Shown: positions 1 through 7,216 of the stretch, in pieces | How the letters are laid out: each line of letters begins with the position of its first letter | Numbering within the stretch: position 1 is the first letter of the stretch | Made by a program: the position numbers and the translations under genes | DNA from: an uncultured Gammaproteobacteria bacterium | Lineage (GTDB): Bacteria > Patescibacteriota > Microgenomatia > Daviesbacterales > UBA10151 | Direction of reading: 5' to 3' | Assembly: GCA_964522265.1 (NCBI GenBank) | Contig: CAZFVS010000021.1 | Coordinates: forward strand, 1 to 13,241 | Length of the DNA: 13,241 nt | Notes under the pieces: generated by a model | The model's input: only the letters and a program-made list of their open reading frames with translations | What the model was told of the DNA's origin: nothing | The model's database searches: none

Positions 1-1061
1 CCCCCTTCCCCCACATAACCATAGTCGCTGTCTGCCATCTCCCCCGGGCCATTCACAATACATCCCATCACTGCAATTGTTAAATTTTTTAAGTGGCTGG
101 TTTTTGATTGTACCTCAGTAAGCACTAAAGGCAGGTCAAATTTTGTCCTGCCGCAGGAAGGACAACCGATAAATTCTGTTTTTGTTCTGCGTACTCCTAC
201 TGCCTGCAAAATATCAAAACATACCGGAACCTCTTCCATAGGATCTTCCGATAAGGAAACCCTGATCGTATCCCCTATCCCTTCCATTAAAAGTGTTGCC
301 AATCCGGCTGTAGATTTTATCCTGGCATACTGGCCATTTCCTGCCTCTGTTACTCCCAGATGAATCGGGTAATCCATACCGTTTTGCTTCATCCTCTCTA
401 CCATTAAACGGTTCGCAGCAATCATAACAGGAACTCTGCTCGCTTTCAGTGAAATAATTAAGTTCCGGAAATTATACTGTTCAAAGATGTTTATATACTC
501 CAGCGCTGACTGGACCATCCCTTCCGGACTGTCCCCGTACAAAACCATCATCCTGTTGGAAAGGCTTCCGTGATTTACCCCAATCCTTACAGCTGTTCCG
601 TTTGCCTGACAAGATAATATCACCGGTTTTAAGGCTTTATCTATTCCGTCAAGTCTTTTGTCAATATCGTTTTGCGAATAATCCCCAATTTTTTCACTTC
701 TGCCCTGGTCTACAAAAAGCCCGGGGTTGATCCTTATTTTGTCTGCATATTTTGCAGCTTCCTCAGCAATTTTACTTCCCTGGTGATGGACATCAGCCGC
801 CAACGGAACAAACACCTGGAGATCTTTAAGTTGTTTTTTAATTTCTCTCAGGTGATTTACATCATTCAGAGACGGCACAGTAACCCTAACAATCTCTGCA
901 CCTGCCCTATACAAGTTAATAACCTGATTTATTACACCGCCAATATTCCTGGTTTCCTCTGTCACCATTGTCTGGACAACAACCGGGTTATCCCCGCCAA
1001 CAGTCACACTGCCAATTTTAACCTCTCTTGTCTTAAACCTGGGATAGAGTAATTCTTGCAT
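1..1061 (-). CDS. ispG: 4-hydroxy-3-methylbut-2-en-1-yl diphosphate synthase IspG/GcpE (MEP isoprenoid pathway); C-terminus cut by window edge
   Basis: Absent from the ORF track because it runs off the window. Hand translation of the minus strand from the ATG at 1059-1061 gives MQELLYPRFKTREVKIGSVTVGGDNPVVVQTM...RINPGL...RIGVNHGSL...HLGVTEAG...GDTIRVSL...GCPSCGRTKFDL...IAVMGCIVNGPGEMADSDYGYVG. These are the typical IspG barrel motifs plus the Cys/Cys/Cys/Glu [4Fe-4S] ligand pattern. The frame stays open to position 1. Confidence 0.9.
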   Translation of the reverse strand, partial: MQELLYPRFKTREVKIGSVTVGGDNPVVVQTMVTEETRNIGGVINQVINLYRAGAEIVRVTVPSLNDVNHLREIKKQLKDLQVFVPLAADVHHQGSKIAEEAAKYADKIRINPGLFVDQGRSEKIGDYSQNDIDKRLDGIDKALKPVILSCQANGTAVRIGVNHGSLSNRMMVLYGDSPEGMVQSALEYINIFEQYNFRNLIISLKASRVPVMIAANRLMVERMKQNGMDYPIHLGVTEAGNGQYARIKSTAGLATLLMEGIGDTIRVSLSEDPMEEVPVCFDILQAVGVRRTKTEFIGCPSCGRTKFDLPLVLTEVQSKTSHLKNLTIAVMGCIVNGPGEMADSDYGYVGEG

Positions 1062-1071
1062 TAGTTTTGAA

Positions 1072-1080
1072 ATTATACCA
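1072..1080 (-). promoter_or_regulatory. Putative extended -10 promoter element (TGGTATAAT) upstream of ispG
   Basis: The minus strand reads TGGTATAAT, matching the TGnTATAAT consensus, 10 nt before the ispG ATG. No Shine-Dalgarno sequence lies between them. The upstream spacer contains AACTTGCTTCTT, which also occurs in the promoter at 10743-10772. Confidence 0.35.
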
Positions 1081-1115
1081 GAAGAAGCAAGTTAAAATTA
1101 GTACTATGATAAAAT

Positions 1116-1622
1116 TTACTGCTCAAAACAATACAGCCTGGATTTTCTAGCACAGGAGGAGGTATAGTTGTCTGCAGTCCACCAGGCAGAATTGCTATTC
1201 ATCATCCCTGATTTGCCTGAATACGGATCAGAGCCTGAGATATATTCAGGGCCATAAGTCCAGTTATTACATGAGGTATACTGGCTGAAGATATTTCCAA
1301 AACCATTAGTGTTAGTCCAAACTGCATTAGTTTCCATACCATCTGCAGGGGCACCTGTTTCTGTAATATTAATGGGGTTTTGGATATATCCATTAAGCAC
1401 TATATCATCCCAATTACTTCCTACAACTTTTCCATTAAGAAGTTTATAGGGAAGTTTGGCATGAGTAAGCCTGGATGAGGCTGAAATTGTACTGGATGAA
1501 AGCCAGGCTTTAAATGTACCTCCAAGCTTTGCAGCATCTGCTGCGGATTGGCATTTCTGGTCTGCTCCTGTTAATCCTCCTAAATTACCATTATAGGTAG
1601 ATTTGGTAACAAAGACTTTTTT
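1116..1622 (-). other. Endostatin-like four-Cys module, copy 1 (C-terminus of the metalloprotease)
   Basis: KKVFVTKSTYNGNLGGLTGADQKCQSAADAAKLGGTFKAWLSSS...VWTNTNGFGN...SCNNW...SCARKSRLYCFEQ followed by a stop codon. The module is mosaic at the DNA level relative to copies 2 and 5. Confidence 0.75.
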
Positions 1623-3911
1623 CTCCGTAGGACATTTATTAATTTTAAAGCTAGCGGGCGAACCGCCGTCACCTGCACCCCACAACCTCACATAATAAGT
1701 AGTATCTGGATTAAGAACTAGCGGGCCATAAGGACCATAAATGGTTCCATAGAAACCAAGCGGAGCTGTTGTTGATTTTGCAGGAGAGACGTATTTCCAA
1801 GAAATATTGTAAAAATCAGGGTTAAGTGAAAAATCAACATAATAGATATTCTCATCTGTCCAAGATACTAATACATCACTCCCAACATACCCAGGATTAA
1901 TACAGCTGACATTTACTTTTATCGTAGGGGGGTTAGGCGGTTCAATCCCATAAACCCAAACAGAAGTAAGAAAAATATCATCTGAATATAATTCAAAATT
2001 ATTGCCATGGTTTGTAATAAAAGTTGCTTGTTGGGACCCTGATGTGCCAGTTGCAAAAACTTTACCACCTTCTTTGACGGTTACATTAGTAGCATTAGCG
2101 GTAGACCAAGTAATAGTGGTTATACAGGTGGAAGCTCCTAATGCTATCGTACAAGGATTAGGAGAAGCTGAGATAGCCCCTTTTGGGGAAGGGACATAAC
2201 TGACATCAACTGTTGCCTTACCTGGAAGTGTACCTAATCTTGCTGTATGACTGGTTTGTTTTACAGAAACATTATAGAGCGTATCTTGAAACGTCAAACC
2301 GTCCGAGAGTGAGGAATCATTGATATACCCACGTGTTCCAAGGGTGGTGTCTATTAATCTTGTTTGCCACCAATTATCATCATTCCAAAGGTGAACACTT
2401 ACTCCCCCTGTAATGCCGGGTGGAAGATTTGCATCATATCCAAAACCTTGCCTATAGCTTATATAATATGACCAATAATTAGGTAGGGGTATTTTTAATA
2501 TTTGAGTTTCTGTTGAAGCTGTCTCTATATCAGAAATAGTATAAGTACCGCTTCCGGTCAATTCTTTAACGTTTTCTGGAGGTAACCAATTCTCAGCAAC
2601 TTTATGCGGGCCATTAAAATGCAGCATGTCGGGGGTCACATTCCAAAAATTTCCCATAACGTCGTAGTAATCCCCATATTCTAAATTGCTACAATTTAAA
2701 TAATCTACTGAACCAACTGAACAATCTGCTAAATTTGCATGGTGGACGCCTAAATTGTGACCCATTTCATGAGCGTAAATCCTTAAGTCAGTCAGACTAC
2801 TAAAAATCCAGGATATTGAAGGATTTCCTCCTATAGTGCCAAACCCCCCATAGGAACAATTTACAGAACTTGGAAAAACGTAAACCTTTCTTTGGTACTG
2901 GTCTAAGTTTACCCCGGCAGCTCTTGCGACTAGATCTGCTTCATCTCCCCATTGATAATAAGGACAACCAGAATTTGAAGAAGGAATTGTCAACCAACCA
3001 TACACCTCACCGCTAAAAGAAGCTTTATTATACGAGTTTTCCTTATAATATCCGGCTAAAGAATTAGTTGGATTAAACATGAGAGATTTGATTTGATCAG
3101 TAGTAACTGGTCTAGAAGTATCGTTTGAAAAATTCACAAGTAAAACTACTGTTTTTTGTTCACCAAGGGCATACGTTCCTAACCCAAGTACTTTATCATC
3201 TTTTTTTAAATTGTAATTTGGCCCGGTTTTGTCACCAGTTTCCAGTACCAAATTATTGTCAATCGAAAGACCGGTCACTACAACTTCGGTATCAGTTAGT
3301 AATTTTGGAGGATTTTTTACAAAATGGAGCTTAATGCTTTTAGGCTCAGCAGTTACTTTGAACCCTGATTGTCGAATTGTACTTGGATCTTCCAAGAAGT
3401 ACTCAAATTTGCTTTTCTTGCCCTCAAAATCGTCCATATGAACAACCCTTAACTTACCTTTTATCTGTTGATGCTGTTCAATATTTAATTTAATTTCTTC
3501 AGTAAAACTTTCTCTTTTATCGATAAGGATTGCGTGTTTTAGAAATTCTTGAGGATTATTTTCTGCTTCTTTGAGTAATAACTCTTTTCTTCTTTTCGCT
3601 TTATCAGCTAAATTTTTATTATTTACAGGCTTTTGCACCTCATCCAATTTTGCTTCCCCCAATAAATCCTTGGTTAATTTATCTATCTCCTGGCTAATTT
3701 CTTGAGCTTCTGACGGCGGTTTTGGGAAAAGGGTGGAGAAGAGCTGGTCTTTAAAATTAAAGGTATTAGTTATTAAGAAAAATCCCAACAGTCCAACTAC
3801 AGCTACTATCAACAGCAGATGTCCAACACCCGCTTCGCTTGCGAAGCGAGGCTTGTTGTTTCGCTGCAAGGCGAGCAAGCCTTTTTGGTTAATTTTTTGC
3901 CAAGAGAGCAT
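1116..3911 (-). CDS. Membrane-anchored/secreted multidomain Zn-metalloprotease (HExxHxxGxxH, gametolysin/M11-like metzincin) with Ig/FN3-like spacers and a C-terminal endostatin-like (DUF1554-like) module
   Basis: 931-aa ORF with ATG at 3909-3911. The leader MLSWQKINQKG...EAG is followed by the hydrophobic helix VGHLLLIVAVVGLLGFFLI and then FNFKDQLFSTLFPKPPSEA. The zinc motif HEMGHNLGVHH is encoded at 2739-2771. The context (VVLLVNFSN...YYKENSYNKASFSGEVYGWLTIP...) resembles bacterial M11-like proteases. The last 168 aa are paralogous to four other modules in this window. Confidence 0.9.
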   Translation of the reverse strand: MLSWQKINQKGLLALQRNNKPRFASEAGVGHLLLIVAVVGLLGFFLITNTFNFKDQLFSTLFPKPPSEAQEISQEIDKLTKDLLGEAKLDEVQKPVNNKNLADKAKRRKELLLKEAENNPQEFLKHAILIDKRESFTEEIKLNIEQHQQIKGKLRVVHMDDFEGKKSKFEYFLEDPSTIRQSGFKVTAEPKSIKLHFVKNPPKLLTDTEVVVTGLSIDNNLVLETGDKTGPNYNLKKDDKVLGLGTYALGEQKTVVLLVNFSNDTSRPVTTDQIKSLMFNPTNSLAGYYKENSYNKASFSGEVYGWLTIPSSNSGCPYYQWGDEADLVARAAGVNLDQYQRKVYVFPSSVNCSYGGFGTIGGNPSISWIFSSLTDLRIYAHEMGHNLGVHHANLADCSVGSVDYLNCSNLEYGDYYDVMGNFWNVTPDMLHFNGPHKVAENWLPPENVKELTGSGTYTISDIETASTETQILKIPLPNYWSYYISYRQGFGYDANLPPGITGGVSVHLWNDDNWWQTRLIDTTLGTRGYINDSSLSDGLTFQDTLYNVSVKQTSHTARLGTLPGKATVDVSYVPSPKGAISASPNPCTIALGASTCITTITWSTANATNVTVKEGGKVFATGTSGSQQATFITNHGNNFELYSDDIFLTSVWVYGIEPPNPPTIKVNVSCINPGYVGSDVLVSWTDENIYYVDFSLNPDFYNISWKYVSPAKSTTAPLGFYGTIYGPYGPLVLNPDTTYYVRLWGAGDGGSPASFKINKCPTEKKVFVTKSTYNGNLGGLTGADQKCQSAADAAKLGGTFKAWLSSSTISASSRLTHAKLPYKLLNGKVVGSNWDDIVLNGYIQNPINITETGAPADGMETNAVWTNTNGFGNIFSQYTSCNNWTYGPEYISGSDPYSGKSGMMNSNSAWWTADNYTSSCARKSRLYCFEQ
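3828..3878 (-). repeat. 51-nt GC-rich palindromic in-frame insert in the leader (copy A)
   Basis: Encodes LLALQRNNKPRFASEAG between the leader KG and the VGH helix start. It contains the hairpin CGCTTCG-CTTG-CGAAGCG (3831-3848) and a second imperfect hairpin. The S8 and 237-aa paralogs lack this segment. Confidence 0.7.
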
Positions 3912-3918
3912 TAATTCC

Positions 3919-3947
3919 AGTTTAGATTATTCAAATGGCTTAAGCAA
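3919..3947 (-). promoter_or_regulatory. Putative sigma70-like promoter for the metalloprotease gene (TTGCTT-N17-TAAACT)
   Basis: The minus strand reads TTGCTT (3942-3947), a 17-nt spacer, then TAAACT (3919-3924). Seven nt later comes the ATG, with no Shine-Dalgarno sequence. Confidence 0.35.
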
Positions 3948-3955
3948 CTATTTAA

Positions 3956-4357
3956 TTAATTGACGAGCCTTTTAATATCAGGGAATTTATCAAAATCTTT
4001 ATCAAAAGAATAAATTTGATTGATTTTTCTCTTATTCATTAAAGCAACATGATATGCATCTGCCAGGCTAATATTTTTCTTAATAAAGTAGTCAAAAGTA
4101 GATTTTATCAAATTTTCTTGCTCTATTTTAACATTTTCTAAGTTTAATATAGGAATTAATTTCCCTTGAATTTCATCTTTGCTAAGTTTGTGGGTATTCT
4201 GCATTACAAAAACAGTTTCAAAGATTACAATCCATGAAATATAAACTTTAATTTCCCCATTATCAATTTTTTTAAAAATCTTTTCGGACTTTAGAGCATA
4301 AATTGGGTGATCTTGCAGGATAAAACGCAAAATTACATTAGTATCAAGCAAAATCAT
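3956..4357 (-). CDS. vapC: PIN-domain ribonuclease toxin (VapC family)
   Basis: 133-aa ORF. MILLDTNVILRF carries the N-terminal PIN acidic residue. Further conserved acidic positions occur in IFETVF, SLADAYHVAL and IYSFDKDFDKF. The start codon abuts the stop of the upstream antitoxin gene. Confidence 0.85.
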   Translation of the reverse strand: MILLDTNVILRFILQDHPIYALKSEKIFKKIDNGEIKVYISWIVIFETVFVMQNTHKLSKDEIQGKLIPILNLENVKIEQENLIKSTFDYFIKKNISLADAYHVALMNKRKINQIYSFDKDFDKFPDIKRLVN

Positions 4358-4651
4358 CTATTTTAAATGGGCGCTTTGTAATATTTTCAAATCTTTTTCT
4401 GCTGCTACTTTTGCCCAAGCGTGCTTTTCTTCTTGAAGAACTTCTGAAATATTTTTAAACTTTACCCTTGATTTTAAAGAACCATACAGGTGCATTATAG
4501 AAGAGCGTTTAGCAGGTTTAATTTTAACCTCTTTTTTGGCAGTAACCAAAAACTTGACTTGGTCACCACGCTTTAGGTTTAACAGTTTCCTGATTTCAAC
4601 AGGTATGGTCACTTGCCCTTTTTGGGTAATAGTGGTTGCTGAAGTTTGCAT
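4358..4651 (-). CDS. vapB: AbrB/SpoVT (MazE-fold) antitoxin, VapB-type partner of the PIN toxin
   Basis: 97-aa ORF. TITQKGQVTIPVEIRKLLNLKRGDQVKF is a typical SpoVT-AbrB swapped-hairpin DNA-binding motif. It lies immediately upstream of vapC with no gap. Confidence 0.8.
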   Translation of the reverse strand: MQTSATTITQKGQVTIPVEIRKLLNLKRGDQVKFLVTAKKEVKIKPAKRSSIMHLYGSLKSRVKFKNISEVLQEEKHAWAKVAAEKDLKILQSAHLK

Positions 4652-4677
4652 AGTAATACCTATTTTAAGGTATTACT
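4652..4677. promoter_or_regulatory. Perfect 10-bp inverted repeat (AGTAATACCT-N6-AGGTATTACT), candidate VapB operator
   Basis: Arms at 4652-4661 and 4668-4677 are exact reverse complements. The 6-nt spacer is the putative -10 hexamer (TAAAAT on the minus strand). The repeat ends 1 nt before the vapB ATG. Confidence 0.6.
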
Positions 4678-4690
4678 ATTTAAATTGCAA
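4662..4690 (-). promoter_or_regulatory. Putative vapBC promoter (TTGCAA-N17-TAAAAT)
   Basis: The minus strand has -35 TTGCAA (4685-4690), a 17-nt spacer and -10 TAAAAT (4662-4667), 10 nt before the ATG. The -10 lies inside the inverted repeat. Confidence 0.45.
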
Positions 4691-4693
4691 ACA

Positions 4694-5182
4694 TTACTGC
4701 TCAAAACAATAAAGCCTGCCATTCCCGTCACAATAAGATCTGGTAGGATAATTTGTCCACGCATTATTGATTGCATTTGTATTGCCAACCCTAGCAGTCC
4801 TAATATCCCGCACCGTCCAGTTATTACAGGACATTGAGAATTTTCCATCCAAAGAACTGATGTTACCATCTGATTTAGTATTTGTCCAAACTAATTTTAT
4901 ACCTGTTAACTGGACATTACTTTCATCTATATTGATTGCTCCGGATAAATTACCATCTATCAAATCGGTCCAGTCATTGGCAACTATTGTACCGTTTAAT
5001 AATTTATACGGGACTGCGGCATGGGCGAGTCTTGACGAAGCAGAAATCGTACTTGATGAAAGCCAGGCTTTAAATGTACCACCAAGCTTTGCAGTATCTG
5101 CTGCGGATTGGCATTTCTGGTCTGCACCGGAAAGTCCCCCTAAATTACCATTAAAGGTAGACTTGGTAACAAAAACTTTCTT
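4694..5182 (-). other. Endostatin-like four-Cys module, copy 2 (C-terminus of the S8 protease)
   Basis: KKVFVTKSTFNGNLGGLSGADQKCQSAADTAKLGGTFKAWLSSSTISASSRLAHAAVPYKLLNG...VWTNTKSDGN...SCNNW...SYCDGNGRLYCFEQ followed by a stop codon. Confidence 0.75.
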
Positions 5183-7216
5183 GGAGGTTGGGGATGGAAC
5201 AGGAGTTGGTGTGGGTGTAGGAGTTGGTGTTGGTGTTGGTGTTGAAGTAATTACTGAGGATAAAGTTACGTTATCAATATACCATCCTTCGTAATTATTA
5301 AACAGGTTATCAACAGTATCAAAGAAGAAACGTATCTGTATTGAACTTCCGGCATATGCAATAAGATTTATCTTATGAAGAACCCATTGCTCTGAGATAC
5401 CTGATACTTGGTAAATTTTTTGCCATGGACCACCATTTACTGAAATCTCAACCGTCTTTTTGTCCCATGTAGTACCTGTGGTTTCTGTTTGATACCAACT
5501 ATAAAATGACAGACTGGGGTTCGTTGATAGCGTCACAGACGGAGATGTAAGATATCCGGAATTTTTTGTACCGTTGTCATAATTACCTGTTAACTCTTGG
5601 CCATACCAAAAACTTCTCCCCCCAGAAGAGGGCGATGAAGGGGTTGGTGTAGGGGTTCCACCGCCTTCACGGATATCTAATGCAACCTGTTTATCACTAC
5701 TAAGATCTTTTCTTTTTGTACTATGCCAAAAACCGGTTGTGGCAAATCCCTGGTCCGAATCATCAAATGTATATGTAATACCCGGTTGAGGTGGTATTGG
5801 AGTAGGCGATGGACGGGGTGAATCAGTTATAGCAGCTGCAACATTTAACCTTCCCCCTGTAACTGTTTTACCATTAAGCGAACTCGTATCTGTGGTTGTT
5901 CCTAAAATAGCATTTTTAATCTCTAAGGCTGTTTTGCCGGGATGAGCTGCTGCGTATAAAGCAGCTGCACCTGACACATGGGGGGTAGCCATTGATGTAC
6001 CGCTATAAGCTCCATATTTGCTATCCGGAAGAGTAGAATAAACACCAACTCCCGGCGCACCTAAATCTACAGTCAAGGATCCCCAGTTGGAAAAAGAAGC
6101 TAGACTCCCGGTGGTGTTAATAGCTGCAACAGTTATAACATTGTCGTTTGGATAACTGGCAGGATAAAAAGAGTTGCTATCATTATTGTTGCCATAATTA
6201 TTGCCGGCTGCTGCAACAAATAAAATGTTTGCCTGTTTTGCCCGTTCTATAGCATCATAGAGCGCCTGGGAATAACCTCCTCCACCCCAAGAGTTTGAAC
6301 TGGCAACTATATTTAAACCATGCCTAACCTTCAGGTCTGTTAAATAGTCTAAGGCTTTAACAGCATCAGAAATGTAACCCCCATACGGACCTAAAAATTT
6401 AGTGTTAATAATTGTTGCTTTCCAATTGACTCCTGCCACACCAATACCGTTCCCTCCAATTCCTGCAATTGTTCCTGTCACATGAGTTCCATGATCATCC
6501 CCATCAGCTGCATCATAAATTGAATTGTCTTTGTTCCAAAAATCCCAACCATGAATATCATCAATATATCCATTCCCATCATTATCTATCCCGTCTTGAG
6601 GATCAAAAGGGTTAGTCCAGATATTGGCTGCCAAATCAGGATGGGTAAATTGGATCCCTTCGTCTATCACACCTATATAAACCGTATTGTTTCCAATATA
6701 ACCTCCAGCCCAGGCTTTAGAAGCTTGAGAACCATATTGGGATACAGGTGATGTTGAATCACTCCCCATTCCCCACAGTGAACCGTTTAAATAATACGGA
6801 TCATTCGAGGTTTCCTGATGAGTATTTAAAAAATCCGGCTCGGCAAATTCAACTGATGGATCCTGATTTAACTGTGCAATAACTTCACGGACTGTTTTAC
6901 CGGATTTTATATTACGGAGTTCAAGATCTCCTTTATCTTTATCCGCTTTTTTGAGTGTTTCTTGTTTGGAAATATTTACATTAGACTCAGTTCTTTTTTT
7001 TACACTTTCATCGGTCCCCTTTTTAAATTGGACAATAACCCTATCTTTAGCATATTCAGGTTCAGCAGATTTTTGCTCTGCTTCTGACGGCGGTTTTGGG
7101 AAAAGGGTGGAAAAAAGTTGGTCTTTAAAATTGAAGGTATTGGAAACCAGCAAAAAAGCAATCAAACCCAAAACTGCAAATATCAACAGTAGATGACCAA
7201 CGCCTCTGGTATTCAT
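4694..7216 (-). CDS. Membrane-anchored/secreted subtilisin-family (S8) serine protease with I9-like propeptide, jelly-roll (MAM/LamG-like, tentative) domain, TP linker and C-terminal endostatin-like module
   Basis: 840-aa ORF. The catalytic triad contexts are GVIDEGIQFTHPDL (Asp), HGTHVTGTIAG (His) and GTSMATPHVSGAAAL (Ser, 5969-6001). The N-terminus reads MNTRG then VGHLLLIFAVLGLIAFLLV then FNFKDQLFSTLFPKPPSEA. GWYIDNVTLS ends a beta-rich domain. The start overlaps the upstream gene's stop in an ATGA arrangement (7213-7216). Confidence 0.92.
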   Translation of the reverse strand: MNTRGVGHLLLIFAVLGLIAFLLVSNTFNFKDQLFSTLFPKPPSEAEQKSAEPEYAKDRVIVQFKKGTDESVKKRTESNVNISKQETLKKADKDKGDLELRNIKSGKTVREVIAQLNQDPSVEFAEPDFLNTHQETSNDPYYLNGSLWGMGSDSTSPVSQYGSQASKAWAGGYIGNNTVYIGVIDEGIQFTHPDLAANIWTNPFDPQDGIDNDGNGYIDDIHGWDFWNKDNSIYDAADGDDHGTHVTGTIAGIGGNGIGVAGVNWKATIINTKFLGPYGGYISDAVKALDYLTDLKVRHGLNIVASSNSWGGGGYSQALYDAIERAKQANILFVAAAGNNYGNNNDSNSFYPASYPNDNVITVAAINTTGSLASFSNWGSLTVDLGAPGVGVYSTLPDSKYGAYSGTSMATPHVSGAAALYAAAHPGKTALEIKNAILGTTTDTSSLNGKTVTGGRLNVAAAITDSPRPSPTPIPPQPGITYTFDDSDQGFATTGFWHSTKRKDLSSDKQVALDIREGGGTPTPTPSSPSSGGRSFWYGQELTGNYDNGTKNSGYLTSPSVTLSTNPSLSFYSWYQTETTGTTWDKKTVEISVNGGPWQKIYQVSGISEQWVLHKINLIAYAGSSIQIRFFFDTVDNLFNNYEGWYIDNVTLSSVITSTPTPTPTPTPTPTPVPSPTSKKVFVTKSTFNGNLGGLSGADQKCQSAADTAKLGGTFKAWLSSSTISASSRLAHAAVPYKLLNGTIVANDWTDLIDGNLSGAINIDESNVQLTGIKLVWTNTKSDGNISSLDGKFSMSCNNWTVRDIRTARVGNTNAINNAWTNYPTRSYCDGNGRLYCFEQ
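5183..5248 (-). repeat. Thr-Pro low-complexity linker (imperfect ACN-CCN tandem codon repeat)
   Basis: Encodes TSTPTPTPTPTPTPTPVPSPTS. The plus strand shows reiterated ggtgtt/ggagtt units. Confidence 0.8.

Noticed and set aside
1116-1136. The invariant LYCFEQ-stop ending as a C-terminal sorting signal (T9SS-CTD, PEP-CTERM or LPXTG-like)
   Set aside because: There is no hydrophobic or basic tail and no LPXTG or PEP motif. The same ending (LYCIEQ) occurs internally at 9222-9239, followed by a linker. The Cys aligns with the last disulfide Cys of endostatin, so the motif is best explained as the final beta-strand of the fold.
1116-1391. A diversity-generating retroelement (DGR) acting on the lectin-fold C-terminal modules, with template and variable repeat pairs
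   Set aside because: The idea is attractive because DGR targets often have C-type-lectin folds. But mismatches between the most similar copies (1116-1391 vs 10024-10299) are a mix of C/T and A/G transitions in both directions plus a few transversions. They are not restricted to adenine positions of one copy. There is no reverse transcriptase, accessory gene or non-coding template repeat in the window.
4652-4677. The inverted repeat as a rho-independent terminator of the S8 gene
   Set aside because: The stem is AU-rich and is followed by AUGCAAAC rather than a U-tract. It brackets a -10-like hexamer right before an AbrB-type antitoxin gene, so an operator role is the better explanation.
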